DNA of 64,000 nucleotides from Owenia fusiformis (lineage: Eukaryota): contig CAIIXF020000001.1 of NCBI GenBank assembly GCA_903813345.2, forward strand, positions 38,378,001 through 38,442,000, given 5' to 3'. The notes below the pieces were generated by a model that was not told the origin of the DNA, searched no databases, and saw only the letters and a program-made list of their open reading frames with translations. The position numbers and the translations under genes are program-made. Below, piece after piece: positions 51,807-64,000 of the stretch; the first letter of the stretch is position 1; each line of letters opens with the position of its first letter.

Positions 51807-52473
51807 CACAGCAAAAAATGTGAATCAAACCACTGAATCCTGGAGTCAGGATTCATACAGGATTCATATGCACATATGAATCCTGTATGAATCCTGCCTC
51901 CAGGATTCATACAGGATTCGCTGTTTAGATAGTTTACAAATGAATCCTGCCTTCAGGAATCATACAGGATTCATATGCAATATAGTTTACAAATGAATCC
52001 AGCCTTCAGGATTCGTACAGGATTCATATAGAAGGTAGTTTGCAAATGAATCCTGCCTTCAGGAATCATACAGGATTCATATGCAATATAGTTTACAAAT
52101 GAATCCAGCCTTCGGGATTCGTACAGGATTCATATAGAAGGTAGTTTGCAAATGAATCCTGCCTTCAGGAATCATACAGGATTCATATGCAATATAGTTT
52201 ACAAATGAATCCAGCCTTCAGGATTCGTACAGGATTCATATAGAAGGTAGTTTGCAAATGAATCCTGTAGCCAGGATTCAAGCAGGATTCATATGCAATA
52301 TAGTTTACAAATGAATCCAGCCTTCAGGAATCATACAGGAATCAAACGAAAATTGGAATTGATGTGTATGTTTCTATTCTAACACTCACATTGGCGTATC
52401 GCATATATTACGCCAAATGCGCACAGGCGTACCAAATGAATTCGAAAAATTTAATAAAAATGTGTAATTATTT
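51807..52473 (+). repeat. Left arm of a long inverted repeat: CACAG terminus plus a ~51-bp tandem array of palindromic units
   Basis: Starts CACAGCAAAAAATGTGAATC. Unit AATGAATCCAGCCTTCAGGATTCATACAGGATTCATATGCAATATAGTTTACA occurs ~8 times in alternating variants. Confidence 0.85.
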
Positions 52474-53720
52474 AAAAGTTGTTCTGTGTGCTAATTTAAA
52501 ATACATTGTTTTATTTATATTGTCTTCCCCGAATGGGTATATAAACTTTAAATATACATGTAGCCATGTTTATTGAAAAAAGGACATTGGTTTTATTCGG
52601 TCCGTTTTATTCTTATTGGTATTAACTCGCAAATGTCACTACTGGAAATGGTTTTGTGTGGCCATGGCAGGGCAAGAAGGGCCCCCGAGGGTCAAAAGGG
52701 GCCGTTCTGTAAGATAACTTCTTCGGACGGGAGGTTTTTTACCACAGACTTACAGAAGTGGTGCCGTTAAAAGAGTTTCTTCTTGGAGAAGGTGCCGCCT
52801 AAATGAAACAAAGTGCAATGGCCATTGAGATCGATGCTGTCCCTGTCAGGAGATAATATCAGGCGATGTATATTTGATGATAAACAAACTTGGTGGGCCA
52901 TCTTGCCCAATGGTTCTTCTTATCCTGGGTCTCTTACTCCGCTCCTACGCCCATTTCTCATTTCTTAATGCTAATATAGAATGCGTCACGTGTTATGAAA
53001 GATTAGTAGGCCTCAATATTACAATTTGAACCCGATTTTGAAGCATCCTTCAAGATCGGTCCTTCACTGCTTTCATAGCAGCTCATGAATGTCACAATGC
53101 AATGAATTACTCTTGGGCCGCAGGGATGATTTTGAAGCACCCCTGTAAGCCTTTAAATTACATTGAAATGATAGGCCCTAGGATAGATACGATCAATAAT
53201 TCATTGGGAGTTCGATTTGGTATCTTTGGTGTTTGCTTTGGAATAGCCTAATCCCGGGGGAATAATCACGAATCTCGCGAATCTACCCGGGGAATCTACC
53301 TTACGTGAAAGTTAGTTAGCCTACATTCTATTGACAACGTAACATTCATTTGTCATCGTGACCTGCAGGTCATGCGAACCATCAACATGCAATGGTGTAT
53401 GTTTACAAAAAACTGGAAATCAGGAGTTTTATTAAGACGGCACTTCCCCTTTTTATGTCACCACCAAAAGTGGTCACATATTGTTAAAGTCTCCAACTTT
53501 TTTATGTACGGTGTTTAGCGTCTGGGGTCGGCGTTCAGCGTCTGTAACTAATGGCGGGTGGTGACATTTTTCATGTTTATGCCTTGTTTAATATTTAAGG
53601 CTCCAAATGAAATATGATATCTGATATCATCATGATGTTATTCTTATTATATTATTCTGTTTTGCAGGTGCCAATGAGTATGACACACAAGCAGTGACAA
53701 TTGAGTTATAGCCCAGGGAG

Positions 53721-53820
53721 TTCAAGTTTATGCATCTTGCCTCAAGTAAAGTGTTAGTCCTTAAAGACAGGACTGTTGGGGAAATGGCACAGTTGCTTGA
53801 TGCAAGAGTAAAACTTTGAA
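53721..53820 (+). ncRNA. Candidate intronic structured RNA (copy A)
   Basis: Long stem TTCAAGTTT..CTTGCCTCAAGTAAAGTG / CACAGTTGCTTGATGCAAG..AAACTTTGAA with an inner hairpin AGTCCT/AGGACT, inside putative intron 53678-53958. Paralogous to 57427-57537. Confidence 0.4.
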
Positions 53821-56800
53821 ATAACCATAGATAATATTACAATAGATAAAAGTTTGGCATGCATTATTTTTTTTCGTTTCATTATTAGATTTGAGAGCAG
53901 GTAGACGTATACAGCAGTGCAGTGAATTATGTTTGTATTTTAAGAAGTTGTTTTTCAGGTGTGACCAGCGATGATTGCAGGCATGAATACACTTTAAATA
54001 TATTTCCTAACATATTCCTTCAGTAAATACACCCGTTTGCATGTTTTAAATAAGCCGTAAATAAAATGTTTAAACTTTGTTAGCATGGTCTATAATCTAC
54101 AACGACCGTCAACCTGTTTAGGTTTTGATTTGTTTTGTTGAAATTAGATTAAGAAATTAGTCTTTCAAATGTCACCAGCATGGGCGTAGCCAGGGGGGGT
54201 GCGATGGGTGCGATCGCACCCCCCCCCCCATAACCTTTGAAAATATGACCATTGGATAGAGGTAGAAAAGAGCTTTAAAATGCTTTTTATTTGAAGCTTC
54301 TAGCTCAATTTTGAAGGAAGTTGCATCAATTTTTGTAAAATTCAAAAGAAAACTTAATTTTTTGTGTTGCTTATGGCAAAATCGCACCCCCCCCTGACCG
54401 AAAACGAAAACTCTTTAGGGTTGAGGATTCACGTCGGTTTAAATTAGAATAATTCTTTACTATCTGGTTTTGTTTGCTTCATTGTGAAATGTTCATCGAA
54501 TTGTTATTTTTCGAATCATTTCCATTTCGTTACATAAGTTATTTGGAATAAACTTAATTTCAGCTAAAATGCAGGGTAGTGCATGGCTGTTTTTGAAATT
54601 TTTATTTTAACCTTTTGTTGCTTATCACCGTATTAATTATGAGCACAATTATGAGCACAAGTTTTTATGTTTGTTTATTTGTTTTTATTTCTTATACAAG
54701 TACAAGTAAGTTATACATTGCAAGTCACACCCGTAGCAAACCCTACATTGCCTTACAAAGTTAACATGAGCAGTTTCGAGAAACATTAGAATATGGGAGG
54801 GGTTCAAGAAGAGACCCGGTGTAAAAGGGTAGGAGGTCAAGACAGTATCTGTTGGAATGTTATATATTTCCCTATCCATTATATGATAGGCGTATGCATG
54901 AGTGGAGGGTTGTGGAAATAGGGCCTCGTGAGAGATACATGTACTTGACAGTCAGTAATTGTTTACACCCCCCCCCCTTCCTTGAAATACTGAACTAATG
55001 TGCTTTTTGTTCATTGAAACAATACGAAATCAAAATTGATTAGTTTCCTAATTACAATAAAAACAAACGGCTGATTAGAAGATTACAGTGACTGTTTCCC
55101 GTCATTACATAACAATGTTGAAGGTGGGCAAAGGAAGTCGAGTCTGTATTGATCTAGTTAATAAGCATGATACGTGATTATAAACGTAGAGTAAAGGAAA
55201 TGCCAGGATTTTTTTTTAGCATTCTCATTGTAATCAGAACTATGTGAATTTATACCATTCGCTTAGACATGGGCTAAAATTTTGATTCTTTTCAGCCTAA
55301 TATTCTATCCAACAGCATTAAATGATCAAACTCAATTATTTAGTAAAACTTCAATAAGGGATCACGTGAATTTCGATACAGCGGTAAATGAAAGTTTTAT
55401 GCTTATTATGCGGGAACTATGAAATATTAGATTTAATTACCTAGGTACCGTATTCGAGGGGACATTTTATCCTTTTTAGATTTTATATCGATTTTGACAT
55501 TTTTGGCCTCTGGCTATGAAATATGTCTCTGATATTTATGTATTTCCCGAGAGAAAATTGGACATTTGCGGGGCCTGATGCAAGACTAGTTATCTGTTTT
55601 CCTGGCTTGTTTGAAATGGATAAACTTTGTCGTATGTTTCAATGAAGCCCATGTGGGACTGTAGACCTAGAAATTCATATTTATATACTATAGATCGAGA
55701 TAGAATAGTAATACAAAATATAGTATTCCAATTTCCAGTATCATAATAGACACCAACTTTTAAATCCTAGTAACAGATTTAGAATTCCTATTTTAAAATC
55801 AAGAGTCAGTTTAATCAGGAATTCATTGATCAAATGCGATCGAGATAGACTGGCGGACAGGATGAGCTGGGATGCAATCAGGAAGGCGCTCAGTTGTTTA
55901 TATTAATTATTGGGTCTTATAACACCTTAGTATAGTATACCCCTCCCTCCCAAATCACAACTTCGCAACCACCGTCAATTTTATAATCAAATCCCTTTCC
56001 CTCACTAATGCAAATACATGAACAAATATAATATTGGAGTGAATTGCATGCGTTTCGAATGAAGTTATCTTTGTAGTACTAGTATTAATTTGTTCAAACA
56101 AGTTTACAGAAGATAAATGAAAGGGGACAAAGGGAAACACAGGGGCGTAGTCAACTTTCAGTCAGGGGGGATTTAAGAAGTGAAGTCAAACGAATGCAAA
56201 GGGTATACGCTGAGACTTAAGACAATAAAAGACGATAATTAACCTGATTGGATCCTGTGTCTTATTAGCGTCTGTTATTTATTACTGTTGACCAGTACCA
56301 GGCTGATTGCGTATTGATAATCAAACCGGTCGTGGGATGCAATGATATATCTAAATTTATCCCATGACTTTGGATTTTTCTTAGTTTATACTCGCTTCAA
56401 CAACTGCGCACCCCTCTCTTGTCAGTAAACACAGGTCGGAAGAAATCATCATGAGATTTTGACATTGTACTTTCATCAACTGTAACATAAAGACCGGCGT
56501 GTTATAATCTTGACGACTCATTTAACCTGCCATATATTGCCCGTGTTGTCGTAATTTTCAAATTTGATAAACAATTTTCGAAACCGTATTTTTAGATGTA
56601 CTTTTTCATGTAGATTTCAAATTATGACATCACTTTGACTGAATTTTGAATATTTAATGACGTAAATCAAAATTATTTCTACTCGCATCTAGTCTACCTT
56701 GTATTTCAAGGGGAATCTGTGAAACAGAATACAAATATTATACGATATATTAAGAAGGGAATGATAAAGTATGTAAAATTCCTGCTGAATATACAGTATG

Positions 56801-57426
56801 CATGTATGAATCTGGGAAATCTCTCGGTGTATCGAATGTTACGACGATCGGAACATTCACTGGTTTAATCCAGGAGGTTTAATCTCCCGACGTGATATAC
56901 AGCAAGTACTCCCGGGCAAGTACAATCCTTTGGAATACCAAAGCGTTAGATAAAGTGAGACTCTAATAGATCAGAATGTCCCGACACGGAAATCAGAATG
57001 ACAGAAATATAATTTTGAATAATTTTGGGAGGTAGGGAATCGCACAATTTTGTAATTCCAATGCTGCCCTTTGTGTTTTATCAACGTTATACAACGATGC
57101 AAACAAAACAGATCGTATTTAAATCTTATTCTAATTTTAATTCCTACATGAAATCTCAGCCCCCCCCCCCAAACACTAGTAACATTTTAAAGACTTTATC
57201 TAATTCAAACAATCAAATCAAATCAAAATTAAAACATGCAAACAGGTATATCTGCTTATGGAGGAATATCCGAAGAAATGTGTGACGCTGGTTTTCAGTC
57301 CTTAATCGCCGCTTAATACCTGAAAAGCAACTTATCTGCTTATTATAAGTTATCAAATAATTTAACAATTAAACAGAAACAATGCATGCCAAACATTTAT
57401 CTATAATTGTTATATTATGGTTATTT

Positions 57427-57537
57427 TATAGTTTGCACTTGTATCGAGCAACTGTGTATCGGGCTGTGTATACGGGCCCTTTCTCAAACCCAATATGGGA
57501 TTTAACACGTCACTTGAGGCAAGATTCATAAACTATA
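57427..57537 (-). ncRNA. Candidate intronic structured RNA (copy B)
   Basis: Minus-strand stem TATAGTTT..CTTGCCTCAAGTGACGTGT / ACACAGTTGCTCGATACAAG..AAACTATA with two short inner hairpins, inside putative intron 57620-57320. Confidence 0.4.
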
Positions 57538-58611
57538 TCTCCACGGGCTATAATTTGAAGAACGCCACTGACGGATCTGTCCCTTTTGGATGGGCCGTAT
57601 TGTTCTTGTGTGTATCTTACCCACGGGAACCTACAAAACAGATATAATTGCATTGTGAAAAGGAAGTCCCGTCTCTATAAAACTTCCTAGAATAAGATTC
57701 AAGCAGTGTAAACATCCATATTTGCAAAAATAACGATAAACCACTGTCATTAAGTAGTTGTAGTACCATATTCGTATAGCTTTTGGGAAAGACGATAAAA
57801 CGCAAAATATGATTGGAATATTTGCTGAAGTCTGGGATCGATGATCTGACAGAAAATTTAAGGAAGGCGTTGATCATGACTGAGCAAAATGAAAGAGCAA
57901 AGTAATAATAATTGCAATTTATGTTTATCATTTCAACTATTCCGAGTCAGAGAAATCAAGAATAAAAATGAAACTTTCCTTAGATATCTGTCGTATTGGC
58001 TTTACCGGGAAGGCTAGTTCTGGGGGGGGGGTAGCGCTTGTTTAAATTTTAAATTATTAAGATCAAAATGGTAAGGTCATATTGACGAATTTCCAAAATG
58101 ACAAATTATTGTGCAGTGCGTTAAATTGGAATATCTTTTGATTCTTTTCCACTGGGGTACGCTAATATCCGATCTTAGTACTTCAATATTTTTGTTTGAA
58201 AGCAAGATCTTTAATGTAAACATCCGCATTTCAATATATCCTGAGACTATCATAGAATAATTCTGTGAATCCCAAGCACAACCCATTACAATATCAGTCT
58301 ATAAGTCAATCTGTATTACAACAAATGAATAATAATCCCGAAAACAGTTCAACTATATTTGGCTTTGACTTATTTGTTTGAGAGGGATACGAAATCTAGG
58401 AATAAAAGTCACCGACGGTCCAACTTCAACGAACAATCTACATGTACAGACTTATCTTACTAATTTAAATAATTATTTGTCCTCATCGTGATTTGCCCGT
58501 CTGATTATACAGGTTTTACTTTCAATTTAGCCTCACTCAGACACACAAATAAAATGTAAAATTATAACATCATATTATAAAAACATTATCCAACCTCGAA
58601 TTAACACTAAT

Positions 58612-59176
58612 GAACACGATGTGATGACTTTATTACTATCTATGAGGAACCATTAAACAATTATGAACGAAATCCAGATACGTACAGTTTATTCATGAAT
58701 TTGGAATATAATGTCGCAATTCATTCTAAATATCTGTTAAATATCGAATCTCTTACATTACGAATCTCTTATTAAAATATATTCTATTTATACAATATTG
58801 TTTTTCCCGTCATCCGTGATTTCCACATGTTGATTGTATTCTATTTTATCAAATGATCGGAAAGTAATACCATGAAATGAGTAGCATTAGACATGTTAGA
58901 TTATACGCCCTTGAATTACACTTATAAACACGATGTGATGATTGTTTCATTTACTTAGAGGAACGCATTAACAGATTAATCAATTATGAACGAAATCCAG
59001 ATACGTACGATGTACGTACAGTTTACTAGTGACTTTGGAATATAATTATTAGAAATGTATTTCTAAAAATCTCTCAAATATCGAATCTCTATTAAATTAT
59101 ATATTTTATTTGTGCAGTAGTGATTTTCCCGTCGTCGTGATTTCAAAATGTAATTATTAATGATCGGTAAGTAATA
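58612..59176 (+). repeat. Diverged tandem duplication, ~315-bp period
   Basis: AACACGATGTGATGA...CAATTATGAACGAAATCCAGATACGTAC...AAATATCGAATCTCT...TGATCGGNAAGTAATA occurs at 58612-58870 and 58927-59176. Confidence 0.7.
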
Positions 59177-59179
59177 AAC

Positions 59180-59400
59180 AATGTCACCGATCGATGCAAC
59201 GAATAGCAAAATGCGCCGGTCGGAGCAACCTTCGATGCACCGACAGATTTCACCGTTGCACCGATCGGTGCATCGATCGTTTCTCCAGATGCGCCGGTCG
59301 ATGCACCGGTCTATGCACCGAATTAGATGCGCCGATGCACCGGTAGATGCACCGAAGTTCTGCGCCGCGGCGCACCGGCGTGTGATGTGGTGCAAGATCT
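59180..59400. repeat. GC-rich cluster of GATGCACCG / CGGTGCATC direct and inverted motifs
   Basis: About 10 copies of (C)GATGC(A/G)CCG in both orientations. Confidence 0.65.
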
Positions 59401-59734
59401 GTACTGTATGTATGCATGTCAAAATGGCTAATACATGCTCTCGTGTTTATGTTCATGTGATATAAAGTGTAAATAAATTAGACAATAACTGAATACCAGT
59501 GTCTTGTTTTAGTTACAAAACAAATGTTCAAGCTTCATTATCAAACAGATTTAAAATACTAGAGTTCTGCTTAAACGCAACAACTGATTAGGACAAAAAC
59601 TGAAAAACAATATGGCTATCTTTAAATTAAATTAAAAATAGATTGTGTCATGCAAGACTCGCCATTTGAATAATTTACAAAATGAATTCAGCCTTAAGGA
59701 ATCATGCGGGATTTATGCACAAGGTAGCTTCTCA

Positions 59735-60394
59735 AATAATTACACATTTTTATTAAATTTTCGATTTCATTTGGTACGCCTGTGCGCATTTGGCGTAATA
59801 TATGCGACACGCCAATGATAACTGTTAAAACAAAAACATGCACATCAATTTCCGTTTAAATCCTGTACGAATCCTGAAGGCTGGATTCATTTGTAAACTA
59901 TATTATATATGAATCCTGCTTGGATCCTGGCTACAGGATTTATTTGCAAACTACCTTCTATATGAATCCTGTATGAATCCTGAAGGCTGGATTCATTTGT
60001 AAACTATATTGCATATGAATCCTGTATGGTTCCTGAAGGCTGGATTCATTTGTAAACTATATTGCATATGAATCCTGTATGATTCCTGAAGGCTGGATTC
60101 ATTTGTAAACTATATTGCATATGAATCCTGTATGATTCCTGAAGGCAGGATTCATTTGTAAACTATATTGCATATGAATCCTGTATGATTCCTGGAGGCT
60201 GGATTCATTTGTAAACTATATTGCATATGAATCCTGTATGATTCCTGAAGGCAGGATTCATTTGTAAACTATTTAAACAGCGAATCCTGTATGAATCCTA
60301 GAGGCAGGATTCATACAGGATTCATATGTGCATATGAATCCTGTATGAATCCTGGCTCCAGGATTCAGTGGTTTGATTCACATTTTTTGCTGTG
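59735..60394 (-). repeat. Right arm of the long inverted repeat (reverse complement of 51807-52473)
   Basis: Ends GATTCACATTTTTTGCTGTG. It has the same ~51-bp array and inner unique segment (TTGGCGTAATATATGCG..ACGCCAA). Confidence 0.85.
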
Positions 60395-60998
60395 TGACCC
60401 AAGTGACTATGGGAACGAGACAAGGATAAAATATACAGGATTCATGATCGATAGTCGATACGTTTAAAAGTAAACTCATTTTACATGCACTGCAGTCTTC
60501 AGCAACTGCAATGGAGGCCCGAATGGAGGGCAATATTGTATTCCAAAACCAAAATGTACAAATTGTATTCACCTCTGAATTGGCTTCAAAAGACGAATAA
60601 TTACAAATTTTTTCCTGTACACCTGCAAAGACACGTGCATGGAATGACTTTCCCGGCTACACGAATCAAAAATTAGATAACATTAAACTGGAATTATCAA
60701 TTTAGTTGAGAAAATAAAGGTACGTATCTACAACATTGGATGTCGCTTTAATCATGGGGGTCCAACTTTCACAGCGTATCGAAACCAATTTCCAACCGAA
60801 CTACATCACGAAAAAAACGTTAATTTGAATTTTAGACTCACCAGATATCAAGGATCGTGAGTCTAATACTGAATATTTTCCAGATAAACGCCTATTACAG
60901 ACCTCCATTGCTGCATCTACATTTTCGGCATTAAACGCATCAGTTTAAAAAACATCTTCATATCTATTCTTTGGTCGCTATACACCACGCAGCCTTCT

Positions 60999-62255
60999 CA
61001 CGATGCCCATGTCAAGCAGCGTGCCTACTAGGCACGCAGTTTGAAACTCTGACAAACTGCGCGCATATTTCAAAATGGAAGACAGAGAGGACACGACTCC
61101 CAAAAAGATCCAAAATACGAAAAATACAAGGTTAGTCTCGTTCTAAAGATAGTGCCATTCTGTGAAGATGAACTTAATTTACTCATAGTACCCAATGTTT
61201 TTCCCGATGTAAACCTAGTTATCTCAATATAAGGGTCTTAAGTAACTTCTGTGTTCAAAATTTACAGTGTAAAGTTATATCTATGTCTTTTTATCGGCAT
61301 TTGCCGTTTATTCAGCCATTGTGTCTGTGTATGCTAGAATATATAGGATCACTCCATCTGATTAAAGCAGCATAGTTTGTGTTCAAAACGATAATACGCC
61401 ATAAACGTGATTTAAACATTTTTCTTGTCAAACTGCGCGCCTATATTCACATGTATTTCCCAAACTGCGTGCCTATTATTTCCAAACTTGCCTATCCAAG
61501 CTTGTTTTGTATTATTAGAAAACGTAAGCGCCATATGTAAGGTACATATGTGTCTAATAGTAGAACCCCAAAATTGAAACACTATGACAGTCCATCCACC
61601 AAGATGGTGATCTGAAAATAAAAGATTCTTTCGTTCCCAACTTAATTGTCACTTCTATTATACATTTTGACTTTCAATATGAAAATGTCATAAAATCTGA
61701 CAATAAAACAAAATTTCCAAAGCTATATGAAAAACATCTACACGTGCCTCTGTAGAAATTCCTATGATAATATGTAGTTTTAATAGTGTATGCGCACAAT
61801 TTGTAATTTCTGGCTAAAATAAGCGCGCAGTTTGTGGTTTATTTCTTTTTAATCTCCTGATTATCTGTTTTATCTCGAAATATTTTGAATTATACATGAT
61901 AAATGCGTAAGGAATTAAATATAAAACGAGTCTAAAGTATTTGTCATTTATGTTTAAAGTGCTAGATCGATTTACGTATAAATTCCCGTTAAATCAGTGA
62001 CGAAAATGCCATTAATCTGCTTATGTTTTAAAACTTAGATTCATTTGCACATAGTTTTTGCTAGTATTTGCAAGATTCGTACATTCGCCACAGAATGAAC
62101 GCATTGAACAAGAAAACAATGCAGGATAAATGTATTTTAATTACGTTTCAAAATACAGACTCCAACTTAAATGATGCAATGTTGTTAGGCACGCAGTTTG
62201 TGATCGAAACAAACTGCGCGCCTACTTAGGCGCGCAGCTTGACATGGGCACCGTG
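60999..62255. mobile_element. Non-autonomous Transib-like element
   Basis: CTTCT|CACGATGCCCATGTCAAGC ... GCTTGACATGGGCACCGTG|CTTCT: a 5-bp TSD, CAC termini and subterminal CAAACTGCGCGC repeats. Confidence 0.75.
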
Positions 62256-64000
62256 CTTCTGATACGCTACTTCACAAAACTCAAAACTGGTCTTTGCTAT
62301 TGACCCGACGTAGCCTATTGTAAACAGATGTGTAGGTATACAAATATACAACATGCGGGATTGAGACTTAGGCACAATTTGCTCAATATGGAGAAGATTG
62401 ATTCAACTGAAATGTCTGTGGTAATCAAAATGAAACCATATTCCACTACCTACTGATCTGCCCTAATTAGTCCGATCAAAGATCAAACATTAGTATAGGA
62501 GATATATTAAACGATGTTTGCTCAAACAATCTACATATAAATCTTAACTCACCATGTAATGAAACAATTACACCAAAATAAATGAGAATCAACGATTGTT
62601 TGTAGCATTCGCTGTACTGTCCTAGGCTAGCATATTGCATACAATTATAAAACGTACGTATAGATTTAATTTTCAATCTGCGATGTTACCCGTCCCGGAA
62701 GATGACTATTACTTAATGGGCGTAGACAGTGGGTGCGATGAGTGCGATCGTACCCCCCCCCCACACACACACGTACAGAAAGAAAAAAACAATTTTGCAA
62801 AATTTGTCAAAAAAATATAGTTTGAAATGCTAAGAAGGTAACATATACAATGTAAATTCTTAAAAGGTTTTAGGGGTGAACCCCCTTTTGAGACTCGCTT
62901 CGCCTGCAGTGATGCAAACCTAGAAAATCATCCCCTCCCTTGACATTGCTTATTTACATATTTGTAATTGTTGTACACGATTCTAGTCAATACATGTAAT
63001 TGAAAAGAATTGGTGTGCCACTTGTATGCAAATCTAAAAAAAAATTATAAAAGCATAAAAAGGATATGAGTCGGAATCCTCATGAAAGAAAATCTTTAGT
63101 ATACCTTAATATCGAGCCAAAATGACATTTGTTGCGGAAGGATGCATGGTATGCATAACTGCATGTTCTGTGCAAACTTTGGAAATCATTGCCATTTGTT
63201 GCCAAAACACGAAGATTTTCTGTAAAATCTATACAATTTAGAAATATTGGATTGGGGTTAGTTGTGGCATCAAAGTTTAACTCTGATACATATTTTGTTT
63301 ATTCAAGAATTTTAATATTTCAATGAAGGAAATGAAAATTTAAAATCAGTAGTTTTTGAAAGCAAATGGGATATTAATTATCATCAATTTTATCATCTTG
63401 ATTGAAGAAATAAACAGAATCGTGAGGGGCGTAAGATATTATGCCATTTTTCTTGCACTTTCTCATAATTCTCTTTTGTCTTCCCCTTTACATTGTATAT
63501 CACACATAACAAACCTGACAATAATAGTAAACCAAGTTTGAAATTTGTGTTAATATACGAGTCTGAAGCCAAATATAGCGACGGTAAGAAGGCGCTAACC
63601 TAATTGTCGACGTATACTGATTGGATTTTGAAACTAGTTACCAGAATATTTGCAAGACAATAGGTTTAATGCACCTGGGTCCATGAATGATGTAAATAGC
63701 CCATTATTGCATAATACATAAATATCATTCGTATTGTAGGAATCAGTGAACATTATCATTAGGAATTTATAAATGAGTCAATGTTTAAGTTGTTTATCAC
63801 AATACCAGTAGAACTGGTGACGTAATTACTAACGTATATGAATATTAGCCCAAGATTATATACAGGCGAATTGTTTAGTAGTACATGTTCAATAACAATA
63901 CTACTTGCTTTGCAGTTCTTACAATTCTAATTTTACAATTATCTTAATAAAATATGAATGAATTAATTAATATATAAATTAATATATCTGATCAAAAAGA

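Noticed and set aside
51840..52345. Regular palindromic repeats resembling a CRISPR array (also 59860-60360)
   Set aside because: There are no unique spacers or cas genes, and the context is eukaryotic. It is a tandem array inside transposon-like arms.
52573..53145. Higher-GC segment examined for an EnSpm transposase remnant
   Set aside because: The frames I read are interrupted and show no recognisable motif; it cannot be assigned without a search.
53725..53745. Minus-strand AGGCAAGATG resembling the miR-31 5' end
   Set aside because: Only the first 10 nt match, it is antisense to the splice orientation, and copy B differs.
59063..59465. Three overlapping ORFs of 68-119 aa
   Set aside because: Artefact of the GC-rich GATGCACCG repeat, which lacks stop codons.

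Overview
AT-rich, intron-containing animal genomic DNA, probably from an invertebrate (inferred from gene content; the species cannot be determined). Four protein genes were rebuilt by hand from GT-AG exons with consistent phases: (1) the last four exons of a GABA-B-receptor-like class C GPCR (+, 265-1794); (2) a 5-exon P-loop sulfotransferase-like gene (-, 3225-5982); (3) a 14-exon, ~606-aa secreted astacin-EGF-CUB-TSP1 gene (-, 9992-27588) with an intact frame but all three Zn-binding His and the catalytic Glu replaced, so an apparent pseudo-protease; (4) a CRH/DH44/egg-laying-hormone-type neuropeptide precursor (-, 34778-35311) with a probable non-coding first exon and promoter near 39.7 kb. 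The rest is dense in non-autonomous DNA transposons (mariner, pogo, piggyBac-, Kolobok-, EnSpm- and Transib-like) and tandem repeats. At 50-58.5 kb there are two convergent, diverged, apparently non-coding spliced units. Each has a 10-nt microexon followed by a ~0.3-kb intron carrying a covarying branched hairpin, and they overlap an 8.6-kb interval bounded by long CACAG-ended inverted repeats. All family assignments come from motif recognition, not database searches.
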